The notes below the pieces were generated by a model, which saw only the letters and a program-made list of their open reading frames with translations, had not been told where the DNA came from and ran no database searches. A program made the translations under genes and the position numbers. Shown piece by piece: positions 28,056 through 37,300 of a stretch of DNA of 64,000 nt (position 1 is its first letter; the number at the start of each line of letters is the position of its first letter). This DNA is from a virus. The DNA lies in IMG/VR virus record IMGVR_UViG_3300036446_000021, one strand, 5' to 3'.

Positions 28056-28685
28056 TCAGTCTAATCCAACTTGAAAACTGGTTACAACAAACCGACCGTA
28101 AGTAGGGCGAAAATCAGCAACGCCAATAAGCTTCCCAGCCATTGTCAGAACATCCATGAAGTCTACAGGTCGAATGTACTCAGGGACATTTACCAAAAAA
28201 CTAATCTCGCACTTCCAGCCGGCTTTAAGCGCTGGTCTTGTTCTTGTTATACCAGCCCTTTGCACAGTTACACGGCACTTGTGTTCGTAGTCCCATGCAC
28301 TTACACCCAAAGGCGCAAGTGGAGTCAACGCAACAATCCCAGCCTTGTATAAATCCATAGCCGATTTTCGCGGAGATCGTGGGTCTTGCCTGAATTTAGC
28401 GGCATTAATTACAGCCATCCTGAAATATTCGCCAGGGATGCACAATATACCTTCATCATCTCGATAAACATAACTTTCGATATTGTCTGATTTTTTGGTT
28501 TTAGACCCTTTCGCTGCATTCGCTTTTGCCTCTACCTCTTCACAATTCCAGCGATGAAATAGAATATCAGCCACGCCTTCAAGCTTGACAGTAGCAATAT
28601 ATGGCTGACAAAGCTCCAATACTTCAAGCGCCCCATTCGTAACTTCAGGGCCAACCGCTGTCGCAACAATACCGTTTTTGACCAT
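28056..28685 (-). CDS. Stand-alone Cas7/RAMP-like protein
   Basis: CIPGEYFRMAVINAAK resembles the RAMP IPGSSLKGALR helix; RTRP...W...F.V; C-terminal Gly-loop-like AGKLIGVADFRPTYGRFVV; no other cas gene in the window. Confidence 0.72.
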   Translation of the reverse strand: MVKNGIVATAVGPEVTNGALEVLELCQPYIATVKLEGVADILFHRWNCEEVEAKANAAKGSKTKKSDNIESYVYRDDEGILCIPGEYFRMAVINAAKFRQDPRSPRKSAMDLYKAGIVALTPLAPLGVSAWDYEHKCRVTVQRAGITRTRPALKAGWKCEISFLVNVPEYIRPVDFMDVLTMAGKLIGVADFRPTYGRFVVTSFQVGLD

Positions 28686-28791
28686 TGAAAACCTCGCAAT
28701 TAACTATTAACAGTATAGCATTATTATGCCATAGCAGTATCGTAGACGTGTTTAATTTAGTGCTGTAGCATGATAGTGGTACTATTTTGAG
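28686..28791. promoter_or_regulatory. Divergent promoter/operator region between the Cas7-like gene and an Xre gene
   Basis: AT-rich; palindromes TGCT-GT-AGCA (28761-28770) and ATAGT-GGT-ACTAT (28773-28785); ATAGCA direct repeat (28715, 28731). Confidence 0.5.
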
Positions 28792-29013
28792 ATGGTCGTG
28801 AAAAATCTTGTTGCAAAGGCTCTTCAGGAAAGAGAAATGACGCGTTATAGGTTTTGGCAAAAAACCGGATTAGCGCGTGTTACAGCGTATCGTCTGGTAG
28901 ACGACCCGTTGTATGTACCTGGCGGTGACGTATGGGAGAAAGTCTGTGCGGCTTTAGATTGCCAGCCTGGCGAATTATTAATTAGAGAAATTGAAAACAA
29001 TAACTTAAGCTAG
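28792..29013 (+). CDS. Cro/C1-type (Xre) HTH regulator
   Basis: LQEREMTRYRFWQKTGLARVTAYRL...WEKVCAALDCQPGELL. Confidence 0.85.
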   Translation: MVVKNLVAKALQEREMTRYRFWQKTGLARVTAYRLVDDPLYVPGGDVWEKVCAALDCQPGELLIREIENNNLS

Positions 29014-29029
29014 TCAATCGCCTAAAGAA

Positions 29030-29446
29030 CTACCGTCGCTGTCCGCTTTGCACAGGTTTGGGTTTGCCAGCCTTGGGTGTGGTCGTCACTTGCTGCAACT
29101 GGCTAAAAACCTGCAAGATTTCCTCAACGGTCAAGTTGAACGTCACGTCCTCCTGCTTCGATCCATTGGGCAAGAGGATCAACCGATAGTCGCACAGCAG
29201 TGGGTCGAGTTCTGGTATCAACGCTTTAAGGCTGTAGGCAAGACGATAGTGGTTAGACGGGTCGCTAAGACGCTGTAAGACCAGTTCGGCGTAGTCATTG
29301 CCTAAGGGTGTACCCGGTTGAATTGGTCTACCATGTTTGTCCGTACCTAACACCGTTGCTAAAGGCACCATCTTGATCTCAGAGAGGTTAACGGGCGTGT
29401 TGATGGTGTAGGTGCGATCGCGCAACTTCAGTTCAATCGACGGCAT
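29030..29446 (-). CDS. Probable tail assembly chaperone
   Basis: Position between the tail tube and tape measure genes; size. Confidence 0.45.
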   Translation of the reverse strand: MPSIELKLRDRTYTINTPVNLSEIKMVPLATVLGTDKHGRPIQPGTPLGNDYAELVLQRLSDPSNHYRLAYSLKALIPELDPLLCDYRLILLPNGSKQEDVTFNLTVEEILQVFSQLQQVTTTPKAGKPKPVQSGQRR

Positions 29447-30158
29447 CTGGTTCTAACTCCTGTGCGATTGCATGTTGTTGGATTAACTTTTGACGTTCGG
29501 TTTTGTCCCACCACTTCACCTGATAGGTACGGCGTTCGTACTCTTCAGCGTTCTCTTGCTTCCAACCGTCATAACTGCGTTTTAGGCTTTCCATTACCCG
29601 TTGTTCAGGGTCTTTCTGAAGTTCGCTATGAGTGTAAAGGAACTTGTCAAGCCCTTCGATCGGGAAGTGTTCATACAGCCATAAACCCATCTCCCACCCG
29701 AACCCATTGGCTAAGTTGGCAATCGTGTCATAGTCGTAGTCGCCTGACGATGGAAACGGCAGATCATCAACTGTGATCGGGTCGTCTGGGCTTTTGACCC
29801 GTTCTGCCTTGGGTTGTGGTGTGAAGGTGTGCAACGCAACTAACAACGAAGGCTCTAGCACCTCTGCAACCACTTGCCCAAAAAACAAGCGTTCAAGCAG
29901 GTTGATGTCGGTTTTCAACGCTTCCACTTGTAATGGCAAAGCGTTTTCAGCGGGAATGATGGCTGCGATCGCCTCTACCAAGCCCCACCCCTTTGGGTCT
30001 TCTGCGAGCAACTCAGTCATCTGCCCTAACTCCACCCACGCTTGCACCAATTCATTGAGGAGCAATTGCATCAAAGTAAGGCGCGATCGCGGTACCGGGT
30101 AAATAACCGCAATTGCGCCTGTTTGATAGCGCAGCACACAGGGTTGACCAAACGGCAT
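29433..30158 (-). CDS. Probable tail assembly chaperone
   Basis: Directly downstream of the tail tube gene with 1-nt overlap; assignment by position. Confidence 0.45.
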   Translation of the reverse strand: MPFGQPCVLRYQTGAIAVIYPVPRSRLTLMQLLLNELVQAWVELGQMTELLAEDPKGWGLVEAIAAIIPAENALPLQVEALKTDINLLERLFFGQVVAEVLEPSLLVALHTFTPQPKAERVKSPDDPITVDDLPFPSSGDYDYDTIANLANGFGWEMGLWLYEHFPIEGLDKFLYTHSELQKDPEQRVMESLKRSYDGWKQENAEEYERRTYQVKWWDKTERQKLIQQHAIAQELEPDAVD

Positions 30159-30943
30159 CAGCAGGGGTTGAGTTGGTTCAGAAACAACACATCAGGAGCA
30201 GACGAAAGGAAGAAGGCTAACTCTTGACCTGGCTCAGTAATGGGGATAGAACCAGTTGAATCGGGTGAAGCATCAAAAATCCATTGCGTCAGCTTGCCAT
30301 TGGTCAAAATGATGTTGAGCAGCACTGACAGCGAAATGAATGGTGTGGATGACTTCACATAGATATTGCTGAGCGCAATCGGCACCTTATAGGAGACGTA
30401 CTTGCCCCATAGTCCACTGCCCCACTTCTGAGCGTTATTCTGACCGATCGCAAACTTAAGCTCATTCCCCGCGCCAGACGGATCGAAGGCGTTGTAATCA
30501 GTGTCTTGCACCAGGTTGAACAACGATTTATCAACGGTGGGGTCAAACCACGATGCCTCAGTAATCGCATTTGCTAAGACACCCGTGCCAAACGTACCAC
30601 TGGTAGAGGCTGCGACTAACCCGTTGGGTGGAACAAGGTAAGCAGATTTTGCTACAAAGGTCGAGCGGCTGCCAAGCTCAAACTTACGGGCAAACTTCAT
30701 ACCCAAAATATCCATCGTTTTAGAACCAAAGTTGAGGTTTAGTTTTGGCTCTTCTTTGGTGGGATAACGCAAAGCCACGTTACGAGTGCCCGCGCAATCC
30801 ACTGTCTCAATGTTGGCAAGCTCGATGCCTGTATCATAAGCAGCGGTGGACGGTGGCGGGATGACCAACAACTCACCTGTCGTTGCATCAGCTACAACAC
30901 AATCAACAACACCCTTAAATGCCTGAAAAATTTCCTTAGCCAT
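30158..30943 (-). CDS. Major tail tube protein
   Basis: 261 aa, beta-rich, acidic; sits between head-tail joining genes and chaperones/tape measure. Confidence 0.6.
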   Translation of the reverse strand: MAKEIFQAFKGVVDCVVADATTGELLVIPPPSTAAYDTGIELANIETVDCAGTRNVALRYPTKEEPKLNLNFGSKTMDILGMKFARKFELGSRSTFVAKSAYLVPPNGLVAASTSGTFGTGVLANAITEASWFDPTVDKSLFNLVQDTDYNAFDPSGAGNELKFAIGQNNAQKWGSGLWGKYVSYKVPIALSNIYVKSSTPFISLSVLLNIILTNGKLTQWIFDASPDSTGSIPITEPGQELAFFLSSAPDVLFLNQLNPC

Positions 30944-30999
30944 TGACAGGTATACCTCTGTGTGCTTTCGAGTAAACTAAAACAGAGGGTTTGGAACCC

Positions 31000-31044
31000 C
31001 AAAAAGAAACCGTTCCGGCGTGTCTGTTGGGCGGTTTCTTTTTG
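31000..31044. terminator. Intrinsic terminator-like hairpin, potentially bidirectional
   Basis: CAAAAAGAAACCG (31000-31012) and CGGTTTCTTTTTG (31032-31044) form a perfect 13-bp inverted repeat with A/T tracts at both ends. Confidence 0.7.
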
Positions 31045-31052
31045 TACCAAAG

Positions 31053-31415
31053 TTAAGTTGAGGCAACGCCCGCTGCTGTCAGTACGGCATCATAGTTGAA
31101 CGGACTGAGCGTATAAATATTTGGGCTGGTAGCGTTAATAGCGGTACTATTGGCAGGGCTGGCACTGCTTACATAAGTGGCACCACCGGCAAACAGATAC
31201 TCTGTAATCGTAGTTGTCTTCAAACTGCCGTTAAAGCCTTCTTTGATCAGTAAGCGTCGAGTGAGCTTTTCAACGGTGCCATTGTTGACTGTTTGCGAGA
31301 GAATCCATTGCTTATTCGGGGCGTCGATCGCAAAGTTAGTAGTGATGGCATCACTGGCACTCACTATCTGCGTGACAGAAGGACGCGCACCCATCGTTTG
31401 TGTAAAATCAGCCAT
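31053..31415 (-). CDS. Hypothetical virion-type protein
   Basis: 120-aa Thr/Ala/Ser-rich ORF upstream of the tail tube gene. Confidence 0.55.
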   Translation of the reverse strand: MADFTQTMGARPSVTQIVSASDAITTNFAIDAPNKQWILSQTVNNGTVEKLTRRLLIKEGFNGSLKTTTITEYLFAGGATYVSSASPANSTAINATSPNIYTLSPFNYDAVLTAAGVAST

Positions 31416-31469
31416 AGGGTGAAAAGTAGTTGTAGCGCTACGCCTCCATTAAGCCCTTGACAGAGTACA

Positions 31470-31688
31470 ATGATGATGATATATACCGCTTACGGTATGA
31501 CAAGTTCGTCTGAAATACTCGATCGGCTCATTCGCGCACACCAAATGACCCAAGGGCAGGCAGCGGTCTTTCTTGGGGTGAAACAGCATCACATCAGCCT
31601 TTACGTGAACGGCAAACGCAAGATGAGCGCCGATCGGTTTTTATTGTTCTTGGAAAAGCTAGGCGGTGAAGTGAGGGTAAAGGGATGA
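31470..31688 (+). CDS. Xre-family HTH protein
   Basis: IRAHQMTQGQAAVFLGVKQHHISLYVNGKRKMS. Confidence 0.75.
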   Translation: MMMIYTAYGMTSSSEILDRLIRAHQMTQGQAAVFLGVKQHHISLYVNGKRKMSADRFLLFLEKLGGEVRVKG

Positions 31689-31894
31689 GTGACAGTACAG
31701 AAACGGCATCGTCTCTGCTTCAAATGCCGTTAGTATTAGCGGAGTTACTATTTGCCTGTTACGGCATCAGGTCGATCGCGCATCGTGATTTCGAGTCATT
31801 TGCAGGCTGCATTCTGATCGTTGCATTTCTAGGATGGGTAGTACGGCAAATAAGCAGGACAGCAACACAGATAAAAGAAAATGAGAACTTGTAA
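31685..31894 (+). CDS. Small two-TM membrane protein
   Basis: LLQMPLVLAELLFACYGI and FAGCILIVAFLGWVV; ATGA overlap. Confidence 0.5.
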   Translation: MSDSTETASSLLQMPLVLAELLFACYGIRSIAHRDFESFAGCILIVAFLGWVVRQISRTATQIKENENL

Positions 31895-32522
31895 TTCATG
31901 CGTTTACTACTACAATGATCGATCAGGTTCCGTCTGCAATGCGTTTCATTCACTTGCTTCAATTGAGCATGCGGAAAGTTGCCGTGATTATAAAAAAGAT
32001 GAATCAAAGCTTTTAGCGGTATCATCACGCGATCGATGGGTGTGCACACAGCCTGAGGATGGATGGCTCGACATTCATCGCTATGAACGTGTTTATTTTG
32101 ATAAACCGAATAGGTTATTGCCGTTCACGATTGGTATTACTTTTGACTCCAATTACAGACGTTGTCGTTATCAAACTTTTGGCATTACGGATAGCGCTTG
32201 GTCGTGCCACAAAGTTACTCATTATGAAGTAGAACGAGAATTTGTAGAGACGATGGATATGAGCAGGTATGTACCTGCGGCTATTGCCACAAAAACGTTT
32301 ATTTCTGCAAATATTGAATTCAGTGACCCTTTCTTAGGCTTGTCTACATTTGACGGGCATTACACTTTCTTAGACCTGTCTATATTTGACGGGCATTACG
32401 AAGTTACGTCAAACCCTGCTTACTCACCATCTATAGAATATTTTTCGCATGTTTTGAGCATCAGGCGCTTGCCCGCTGAATTAACAATTCTCAGAATTCC
32501 GATCGCTGGAACACGAGGATAA
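31881..32522 (+). CDS. Hypothetical protein with N-terminal Cys cluster
   Basis: CNSCVYY...CNAF...C; AT-rich; internal 12-aa duplication. Confidence 0.55.
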   Translation: MRTCNSCVYYYNDRSGSVCNAFHSLASIEHAESCRDYKKDESKLLAVSSRDRWVCTQPEDGWLDIHRYERVYFDKPNRLLPFTIGITFDSNYRRCRYQTFGITDSAWSCHKVTHYEVEREFVETMDMSRYVPAAIATKTFISANIEFSDPFLGLSTFDGHYTFLDLSIFDGHYEVTSNPAYSPSIEYFSHVLSIRRLPAELTILRIPIAGTRG

Positions 32523-32531
32523 TACCGCCCA

Positions 32532-33032
32532 TCAACGCGCGTACAAACTAAGCTCAAACGTCAGCATTACGATATGCCAGCGCGATCGCATGTCCCCTGC
32601 CGCCAAATTTGGCACTGCTCCGATACCTTGTACCCCGTTGACTTCAAAATCTAACTGATTAGCAATGCCGAATGGGCCGCCCTTGCAATTCACCCACTCG
32701 ACGATCGCGCCCTTGAGCAGGTCATAAAAATCATCAGCGGTGGTATCGGCGATGCCTTGCTGCGGCGGCTGGCAAGGGAAAATACGACCGACATCGATCG
32801 TGGCTGTTTCTACTCTTGGTGCATAGCCTGACGACTTGCGGCTGGTGATACGGTGCCCCGCCGCCAAACGGTTCAGGTCTAATGCCTTCCCAGTGAAGCC
32901 GTAGTTTTTCACCTCAAGTCCCTCAAAGGTTAGCCCAATCCGCGCATCAAGGTAAGTTAGCAATCCTTCAGGGCTGACGCTGGTGAGTGCTGGTGTAAAA
33001 GGGCTAGTGTGGGCAGTGATGGGTATGATCAT
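32532..33032 (-). CDS. Tail terminator-like neck protein
   Basis: Position in the head-tail joining run; ending WHIVMLTFELSLY. Confidence 0.45.
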   Translation of the reverse strand: MIIPITAHTSPFTPALTSVSPEGLLTYLDARIGLTFEGLEVKNYGFTGKALDLNRLAAGHRITSRKSSGYAPRVETATIDVGRIFPCQPPQQGIADTTADDFYDLLKGAIVEWVNCKGGPFGIANQLDFEVNGVQGIGAVPNLAAGDMRSRWHIVMLTFELSLYAR

Positions 33033-33553
33033 TGCTCGTGAGCGATCTCTAGTAATATAGTCTGTAATGCCTGCGCTTCATCTAACAAGTCTGCTGCGAT
33101 CAATTGACAGGGCAAAGGTAGCCAAACGAAAAAACCAGAAGCTAACTCATTGTGCGGCTGAGTATAGAAAAAACCGCCAATGTCGCCACCGATTTCATAT
33201 TTTAAGTAGTCTCCCCCTGGTTTATTTGGTGACGGCTTCCATTGCTCTTGATTCAGCCCAGACTGAATAATGGTTAATTTACGGTAGACAATTCCAATTT
33301 GAGGGGTTGGCGTTTTGCCTAAATTAAAAAAGTCACCTGGGTTAATGTTGCTGGTGACGATCGGCACAGGCTGCTGCATTGCCTTATTGATTGGATAGAC
33401 AACATATTCTGATCTACACCAATAGTCTTGAATCGTTTTTGAGGCGTAGCAATACGTTAAATAGTTCTGATGTTTAATTAAGTCTACAAGACAGGATTGC
33501 CCGTATTTTGCATCGATTGGTCTTTTGATTTCTTTAATCATTTCCCACTCCAA
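33029..33553 (-). CDS. Hypothetical protein
   Basis: 174-aa AT-rich ORF overlapping both neighbours. Confidence 0.5.
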   Translation of the reverse strand: MEWEMIKEIKRPIDAKYGQSCLVDLIKHQNYLTYCYASKTIQDYWCRSEYVVYPINKAMQQPVPIVTSNINPGDFFNLGKTPTPQIGIVYRKLTIIQSGLNQEQWKPSPNKPGGDYLKYEIGGDIGGFFYTQPHNELASGFFVWLPLPCQLIAADLLDEAQALQTILLEIAHEQ

Positions 33554-33981
33554 ATTGCTTCAGCTTCGCCTAGCAGTAACGGCTCCAACAAAGCGTAAAA
33601 CTCATCATCAGATGGCAGCAAGCTGGATTCTTGAGCTTGCCCGATCGCCTGTTTGTGTCCCAATAGCTCATCCACGATCGCGGCATAGGGCAGATCAGAC
33701 CCGATACTCAATGAAGCATCCTCAACAATGATATTCTCAGTTAACTCTCTGAACAGCGCCTCTGTATCAATGCCCCAATTACCTTCGCCTGCACGTTTAG
33801 GATTGGCGTAACGGGTGGTGGCGCTGACCTTATTGTAATGCTGACGTTCAAGGTCGCTGAATACCTGCTTGTTCGCCTTTAACGTGTTGGTCAGCCACTC
33901 TGGGGATACGAGGAGTGCGATCGCGCTTAGCGTCTGCTCTAGACCTATGACTTCAGTGGTGATGTCAAACACCATAATCAT
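33538..33981 (-). CDS. Neck / tail-completion-like protein
   Basis: GIDTEALFRELT...LSIGSDLPYAAIV resembles the conserved GTNxxYA region of this class. Confidence 0.55.
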   Translation of the reverse strand: MIMVFDITTEVIGLEQTLSAIALLVSPEWLTNTLKANKQVFSDLERQHYNKVSATTRYANPKRAGEGNWGIDTEALFRELTENIIVEDASLSIGSDLPYAAIVDELLGHKQAIGQAQESSLLPSDDEFYALLEPLLLGEAEAIWSGK

Positions 33982-34366
33982 TGGCTCCCATTTCTTTCAA
34001 CGTCACCTGGTATTTCCCGATCGTATTAAACGCAGGTGTCCCCCAGGTGCGGCACCGTCGCCAACCCATTGTGTCACCCCGATCGACATACCAAATGTTG
34101 TTAGATGCCATTGCCGCGATCGCGTTAGTCATATTGCCAAAAACAGCGATTAGCGTGTCGTCAGGAATACTGACTTGATAAGTTTCGTAGCCCTGCCCCT
34201 GAATGGTCAGTTCACTGCTAACGGGGGCATCTGGTTGGATACCCATCGGCGTAACCAATGGATTAGGGGTGAGTATCTTGCTATCGCCAAACCGAATCTG
34301 GGTGTTGTTGAGTCCGAGATTGGTGAAAAGGCGATCGGCTGAAGCTTTGAACAGGTTGATGTTCAT
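33965..34366 (-). CDS. Head-closure-like protein
   Basis: Position and size; beta-rich composition. Confidence 0.4.
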   Translation of the reverse strand: MNINLFKASADRLFTNLGLNNTQIRFGDSKILTPNPLVTPMGIQPDAPVSSELTIQGQGYETYQVSIPDDTLIAVFGNMTNAIAAMASNNIWYVDRGDTMGWRRCRTWGTPAFNTIGKYQVTLKEMGANDYGV

Positions 34367-37300
34367 ACTTTTAACGCCACTTTCAATTGATCAGGCGCGT
34401 CTGGCAACTCTTTCTTCTTGCGCCTCTTCTTGGCACTACACTCCTGGCAGCCACAGTCGCTATCCATTTTTGTGGCTAGATAGGGGTATTGCGCTACGAG
34501 ACGAGATCGGGCTGCTTGTACAACCTCGTGTGACAGCGAGTCCAGGCTCACATGTTTGTACTTGCCCTTGTCACCAAAGTCAGCAGCAGTGCGCGATCGG
34601 GCTTTAGGTGCAAGGGGTGCGGAATGAATGCCTTTTGCAGTCCTTTTTTTGGCTATCGATGGATTCTTGTCGGGATCGAGAAGTACCGTATGCACTCCAT
34701 GCTGCTTAGCGTTTTGCCAATCAGCATTTTCCATTTTTTGCACCTTCCAAGAAAGATCTCTCAAAGCTTCTTGGTTAAGCCCTTTTTGCTTTTTGCGTCG
34801 ATAGTCGGCAGCAGCCTCTTTTGTCACTTCAGAAAGAAATGTAGGTGTGTGTCCGTTTGGAGCAAATCCGCCAACTGTACCGCTTGAACTGGCTGGCACA
34901 AACAACGGCACACCGTAAGGATCTCTATGTTCACCATTCACATTTCTTACAGAGCCATAGTATGATTTGCTTGCCTGTCGTTTCAGTTGTTCTGCTGTCT
35001 CAGTAAATTCTTTAGGCACCGTTGACGGCAACCCGATCGCCTGTCTCTCCCTCCCCTCAATCTCTTTCGATGGCTGCCCCTGCTTTCCTCTAGCCGCTAG
35101 TTGGTTCACTGTTGTTTGCGCCACCGCATAAGTCATTGCCGCATTGCGGTTACTGGCGGTCTCGTTCTCTTGCAGGTTGTTCAATAATTTCTCAATTCGT
35201 TGTCTGGGTGTACCCGTTGGTCTCTGGAAAGTACTGGCTGCTGGCTCAGACAATTGCACTGTATGCGTAGGGTCAAGTTGGTGCAGTGCAGCGTGTGCTA
35301 CAGCATGAATTTGAGCCGCATTTTTGATGTCAGCCTCATGGTTTTGCTGCAACTGATTCACTAGACCAGCAAGACGTTTACCGCGTCCTGATTGTGAGGT
35401 TTCAGGTGGCAAAACTTCAGGCATAATTGCTTTTGTCGGCACAGGTATCTTCATATGCCCCATCACCGCTAAACGTGCTGCTTCTGCTTGTGGAATGACG
35501 ATTGGCGCTTTGGTAGTACCAGGCACGATCGCGCCTACAGTCATGCTGGCTGGCTTCTTAGGAGCAACCTCTGTTGGCGTGTTCTTCACCATTCGATCGC
35601 CCGTCCGTTTTGCGATCGTATTCGCCGCTTTCAAGTCTCGCGTCTGCTGAATCTGCGCTGCCACACCCTGCAACTTAGCAGCATCAGGCTTATCCAATCC
35701 TTTCGAGGGGTGCTCGCCCCCTTGGCTTAGATGCTCAATCAATGCGTTGATTTTGTTGATCCTACCGTGATCAACTGCTGCCTTCTCATTTTTGTGGCAA
35801 TTTCGATGCACACCCTGACAAATGCCCCCGCATTGGTAGGTGGCACTACCACATTTCAAACGCTTGCCAGTAGCGTCCAGGCGTACCGGGTTTGACACCT
35901 TAGCCTCTAGCGCCTCTGTGTGGCTATCCCACCGCACAGTAAACTGATTCGCACTCTCACTGTCGAGCTTAGCTACAGCAGGCTGATAAGTGACATTTCC
36001 GTTGGCATAAGTAAACGCGTAAGACCTGCCATCTTGGGTGCCGACAAATTCACCCGTCACCGTCTTGCCCTGGACATTAAACTTGCGAATGCGGATGGGT
36101 GCCCCGTACAGCCCTGGTGCTTGCAGTTCTTCACCAATGAGTTGAGCCAAAGTAAGGCGATCGTCTAAAGCGTCTTTTCTGCTTAATTTAGCAATCGCTG
36201 TTGCCACTTCCTGTTTAGACATCGAGAATTGACCATAACCTTGGTCAGTCATGCCCATTTTGGCATAGAAGCCTTTAGCACTATCAACTGATGACGCTTC
36301 AATACCCTTACCAAGCTTTGCAGCATGGTGTAATAGTTGATTAAACATCTCGCTGCCAGATCCTTTAGTTGAGCCATCAGCCCCAAAATTCTGCACTGAG
36401 ATCAGTGACTTACCTTCTTTGTAAGACATCGCCCCTGTAATGTACCCGTCTTTGTTATGGCTGGTAAACAAACCGATGCGTGGGTTCTTGGCATCTTTTA
36501 GCGCTGTCAAGGTTCCTTGCTTGCCGTGTCCATTCGGATCATTGGCTTGAGGCTTGAAACGCCCTGACTCTAATTTGCTCACTAATTGATCAATACGGCT
36601 TGTTCTGCCCTGTTGCTCTTTTTGCCCCGATGTAGAGAAAGGGTCTGCGTGCGGCTCAAGAATATGACGACTGGAAACAGCGCCAGTGGGTCTGCCTGCC
36701 TTGCAACTTCCAGGAGGAGCATAGCCTTTGCCGCAGGGTTCCCATTTAGCATCTGCATGCAATTGATCAAGTGCATCAGCGCGTTCATCCTTGTCGCTGC
36801 TTACCTGTACAGCCCAAGCGCGATCAATGCCAGCCCGTCTGACTACTTCATGAGCAAAGTGATTTCCAACAACCTTGTAAGAACCATCTGCGTTTTCATG
36901 CACAAGAATCGGTACCCAGTTCCGCCCGTTTGTTTCCAGTAACTTCCTGGCGGCAGCATCCACCTGCCCTTGAGTGCCTTTATGCTTTTTGTTGGCAGTA
37001 GGATCCGTAGCAATTTCATCGGTATAGAGGTGCTGATAGTTGCCATTGTCGCTAAAGCCAGACCCACCCTCTTTTCTAGATAGCTGGTTTTGCATTGGCT
37101 TAACATGGGCAGCATCCACCTTGTCAGGCACTTGCATCATTTTGGCAAGTGCAATCTGCTCAGGGTTATTCGATACAATCACGCTGTAAGCTCTGCCTCC
37201 TTTGGAAGCATTAGCAGAAGCGGTAATTTTTTCGCTGATGCCACCGATCGCTTGGTACTGATCTTTCCCAGTTTCGATGACCAAAGCAGGGTTAAAATTA

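Noticed and set aside
29030-30158. Programmed -1 frameshift between tail chaperone genes
   Set aside because: No convincing slippery heptamer found near the 14-nt overlap, and both ORFs have their own ATG
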